Source: an uncultured delta proteobacterium (GTDB lineage: Bacteria > Myxococcota_A > Polyangia > Polyangiales > B10-G4). Taken from it: DNA of 64,000 bases. Position 1 is the first letter of the stretch; each line of letters begins with the position of its first letter. Shown here piece after piece: positions 58,551 to 64,000 of this stretch. Below the pieces are notes generated by a model. It saw nothing but the letters and a program-made list of their open reading frames with translations, was not told the origin of the DNA and searched no databases. The translations under genes and the position numbers were made by a program. The stretch covers positions 384,001-448,000 of the forward strand of contig CAVSGI010000013.1 of the NCBI GenBank assembly GCA_963727445.1, in the 5' to 3' direction.

Positions 58551-59930
58551 CTACTTCCGGTCGGCGGGGTGCAGGCCGTGCTTCTTCGCGAGCTTGTGGA
58601 GGTACTTGCGGTCCATGTCCGCTTCGCGCGCGGCGGCGCTGATGTTGCCGTCGTTGCGCTCGAGGAGCCACTCGACGTAGCGCTTCTCGAAGGTGGTCTC
58701 CCACTCGCTCTTGGTGTCGCGGTAGCTCTTGCCCGGCGTGAAGCTCGGCATCCCGCCCGCCTGGTCCTTGGACGGCGCGCCGCCGACCAGCGGGAGCACG
58801 CCGAGGTCGAGCTCGGCCGAGCCCATGGCGCTTGGCGAGGTACGCGGCCGCGCTCCAGCACGTTGCGGAGCTCGCGCACGTTGCCCGGCCAGTCGTGTGC
58901 CGGCGAGCGCCTCCTGAGCGGCTTCGCGAGATGCGGCTCAGCGGTCGGTATCGGGGCCGGCGAGCTGCTTCGATCAGCGCGTCGACGATGAGCGGGATGT
59001 CCTCGCGCCGCTCCCGCAGCGGCGGCAGCTTCGATCGGCACCACCGCCAGCCGGAAGTAGAGGTCCTCGCGGAACTTGCCGCGCTCGACCTCCATCTTGA
59101 GGTTGCGCTTGGTCGCCGCGATCACGCGGATGTCGACCTTGATCTCGCGGTTGCCGCCGACCCGCCGGAACGCGCGCTGCTCGAGCACGCGCAGGAGCTT
59201 CGGCTGCAGATCGAGGGGCAGCTCGCCGATCTCGTCGAGGAAGAGCGTGCCGCCGTTGGCCAGCTCGAAGGCGCCCTGACGCTGCGCGCTCGCGCCGGTG
59301 AACGAGCCCTTCTCGTGACCGAAGAGCTCGCTCTCGATCAGCGAGCCGACCACCGCGCCGCAGTCGACGACGATGAAGGGCTTGTCCTTGCGCGGGCTCG
59401 AGTCGTGGATGCTCTGCGCGAGCACGTCCTTGCCGGTGCCCGTCTCACCGCCGAGGAGCACCGTCGCGTCGGTCGGCCCGAGCCGCTCGAGCAGCCCGAA
59501 GATCTCCCGCATCACGACCGACTTGCCCGACCGCGCTCGCCGAAGTTGTTGGCGTCGCTGGGCAAGAGCTCGATGCGCTCGGCGAAGGGGCGCACCTTGA
59601 GCTCGACCTTGCCGACGGTGATGACCGCGCCGGGCTTGAGGTAGGCCTCGCGGATCTCGGCGCCGTCGAGCAGCGTGCCGTTGGTCGAGCCGAGGTCGCG
59701 CAGCAGATAGCCCTTGGCCTCGCGCACGATCTCGCAGTGGCTGCGCGACACGGTCTGTCGTCGAGCACCATGTCGTTGTCGGCGCTCTTGCCGATCAGGA
59801 ACATCTCCTCTCGATGACGGTCTCGGCGCCGCGCTTGTCTCCGCTGAGGATCACCAGCGCGCATCGCGGGAGCTCGAGGACCTTGCCGCCGGCGTGCTGC
59901 GGTGCCGACCTGGGTGCGGGCGCTGCTCAT
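58551..59930 (-). CDS. FHA-sigma54 AAA+-Fis transcriptional activator; multiple frameshifts
   Basis: SRSH...[64 protein letters not shown]. Confidence 0.88.
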
Positions 59931-60345
59931 CGCGCCTCCGAGAGGTGGACCCTCACGATGCCGTCGGCGGGCACCTCGAAGGCCCGCTGGACGTGTCGCT
60001 CGAGGTGGTCGGTCCGCGCAGGTCGGCGGCGATCGTCGTAGCGCGCCCGGGTGGAGCTCGACGACGTGTCGCGCACCGGTGCCGGGCGCCCCTTCGGTGA
60101 AGGAGAATCGCGCGCCGGCCGCCTCCTCTCCCTCGACCAGATAGGCGACCCTGGCCTCGGTGATCGATGCGTGATCGCCCCCGAGCGATACGTCGATGCA
60201 TCGCGTCTCGTAGGGCCACCGTTCGAGCAGCTGGGAGCCGATCGGCGACGAAGATGACCACCACCAACAGGGGCGCGAAGCGCCGGCGATTGGCGTCGAA
60301 CCGATCCCAGGTCCGAGACCAAGCGGAGTGTGCGCTCACGGAGTC
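59927..60345 (-). CDS. small membrane-anchored hypothetical protein, frameshifted; start uncertain
   Basis: TM-like LLVVVIFV; ends [19 protein letters not shown] with ATGA overlap onto the sigma54 regulator. Confidence 0.45.
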
Positions 60346-60529
60346 CGAGTCTAGTGCACGGTGGCACCGGTACAAGGCGGAGATCCACGGCGAGTGCCAG
60401 CGGTCCGGGTCGGTGGCCCCCGATGTCCTCTGCTTGTGGCGCTACAACCCCAGTGTTAGCTTGTCATCACAGCGAATTCACGAATGACGCGTCCTGTAGT
60501 TAGGCGAAAGCCAGGGTAAGTCGCGAGAC

Positions 60530-62716
<2,187 letters not shown>

Positions 62717-63064
62717 TCGCGCGGGCGCTCGCGGTCGAGCGATCATTTGTGTGCCCGCCCGTGCGCGAGGGCCCCGAGGGGCATCGGAGCGGTCGGGGAG
62801 ATGTCGATGACAATTGACCACACAGCCGCGCGCACCGCGGAACGAACGCGCGCTCCCACCCCCCGCCCTACGACCGCCTCAACCCCTCGGGGCCCTCGCG
62901 CACGGGCTGGAGTGGATCCGCCTCGCAACTCGCCAGCCGCGTGGCTGATGAGCCGGCCTCCCCCATACTCGAGGAGCGCTCATGGCAGCGAAGAAGGTCA
63001 GCCATCGAACGTCCTCGGCTCAGCCGATTTTCTGTTCGAGCTGAAGCACACGGCGCACCAGCCC

Positions 63065-63179
63065 GGACGGCACCGCGGTCAACGTCTTCCAGTTCACGGT
63101 CGGCGACGTCAGCAAGCTCAAGTCGCTGATGCGCGTGATCCGCGGGCTGGACGGCGTGATGGATGTCGAGCGCGTCTGA
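63065..63179 (+). repeat. diverged second copy of the relA 3' end
   Basis: Matches 62599-62716; reads in frame DGTAVNVFQFTVGDVSKLKSLMRVIRGLDGVMDVERV*. Confidence 0.88.
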
Positions 63180-63241
63180 GCTGCGTCTAGCGCCTGTCGA
63201 TCTCCGCCCGACCCCGTTACGCTCCGCCCGGGAGACGAGAG

Positions 63242-63754
63242 ATGGGCAAAGAGAGATTTCGAATGGGCCGGCTCGATCACGTGCACATCCGCGTGCCGGA
63301 CCGGGAAGCTGCTGCGCGGTGGTACGCCGAGCACCTCGGGTTCGAGCCCGTCGAGAGGTTCGACTTCTGGGCCAAGGGCTTCGAGGGTGGGCCGCTCCAG
63401 ATCTCAGCGGACGGCGGGCGGACCATGCTCGCCTTGTTCGAAGCGAGCGAGGGGCACCCGATGGTCCCGCAGAAGACGGGGATCGCTTTCAGCGTGCGCG
63501 CGGAAGACTTCATGGCCTTCGCCCGTTCGCTTCCGAACGGGATCCACAGCCCGTCGGGCCAGCCCCTTCAGATCGGGGACATCGTCGACTTCGACATGTG
63601 CTGGGCCTATGACCTGACCGACCCCTGGGGCAATCAATACGAGATCAACTGCTACGAGTATGACCGTGTCGCAACGGAGCTCATCGCGGCGGAGTGCGTC
63701 GAACCGGTCCGCTACTGGCCGCGCGAGGTGTACGAGCGCTTCCGACAGCGGTAG
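63242..63754 (+). CDS. VOC/glyoxalase family protein
   Basis: LDHVHIRVPD....WY..HLG, IAF, DPWGNQYEI. Confidence 0.88.
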   Translation: MGKERFRMGRLDHVHIRVPDREAAARWYAEHLGFEPVERFDFWAKGFEGGPLQISADGGRTMLALFEASEGHPMVPQKTGIAFSVRAEDFMAFARSLPNGIHSPSGQPLQIGDIVDFDMCWAYDLTDPWGNQYEINCYEYDRVATELIAAECVEPVRYWPREVYERFRQR

Positions 63755-63780
63755 TGCAGCGGACGGGGACTGCAGCGGAC

Positions 63781-63860
63781 GGGGACGGTCTACACTTTTC
63801 AACTTTCCGCTCCCTCCCCTCCGCAAACGCACTCGGACGGGAACCGTCTACACTCTTCAA
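63781..63860. repeat. further copies of the 42.8-kb REP-like motif
   Basis: Exact 25-mer at 63781-63805; degenerate copy GGGAACCGTCTACACTCTTCAA at 63839-63860. Confidence 0.85.
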
Positions 63861-64000
63861 CCGACGCGATCTGTCCTCTGCGTGACCGCCCACACACCAG
63901 GACCCCGAGGGACCCTCTTGTGCGACAGGGCATGCGTCTCGAGCTGCGACGCCCTGACGTGATGGACGCCAATCGCGCGTGGTTCTACCCTCGGCGCCCG

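Overview
High-GC chromosomal segment whose gene content resembles a myxobacterium of the Polyangiales/Sandaracinaceae type (inferred from a MYXO-CTERM-like tail, five Ser/Thr kinases, PEGA/TPR proteins, many Cys-rich lipoproteins and an FHA-sigma54 regulator). It holds about 55 genes. I saw no rRNA, tRNA, CRISPR array or prophage. Main points of interest: (1) an extended Y1/HUH transposase of RAYT type (49758-50762) bracketed by two inverted arrays of a 17-bp motif, plus an unrelated second REP-like family at 42.8 kb and 63.8 kb; (2) an eight-gene minus-strand run (12431-21088) ending in a kinase-only STK, a PP2C phosphatase and a circularly permuted ATP-grasp-like ligase; (3) a PilB/GspE N-terminal domain without an ATPase, fused to TPRs; (4) uraH coupled to an uncharacterised aldolase/lyase-fold gene; (5) an indel-riddled sigma54 regulator and relA with a diverged second copy of the relA 3' end, probably a chimeric or poorly polished consensus. 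Several other genes carry single frameshifts that look like sequencing errors. All family calls come from motifs read by eye; no searches were run.
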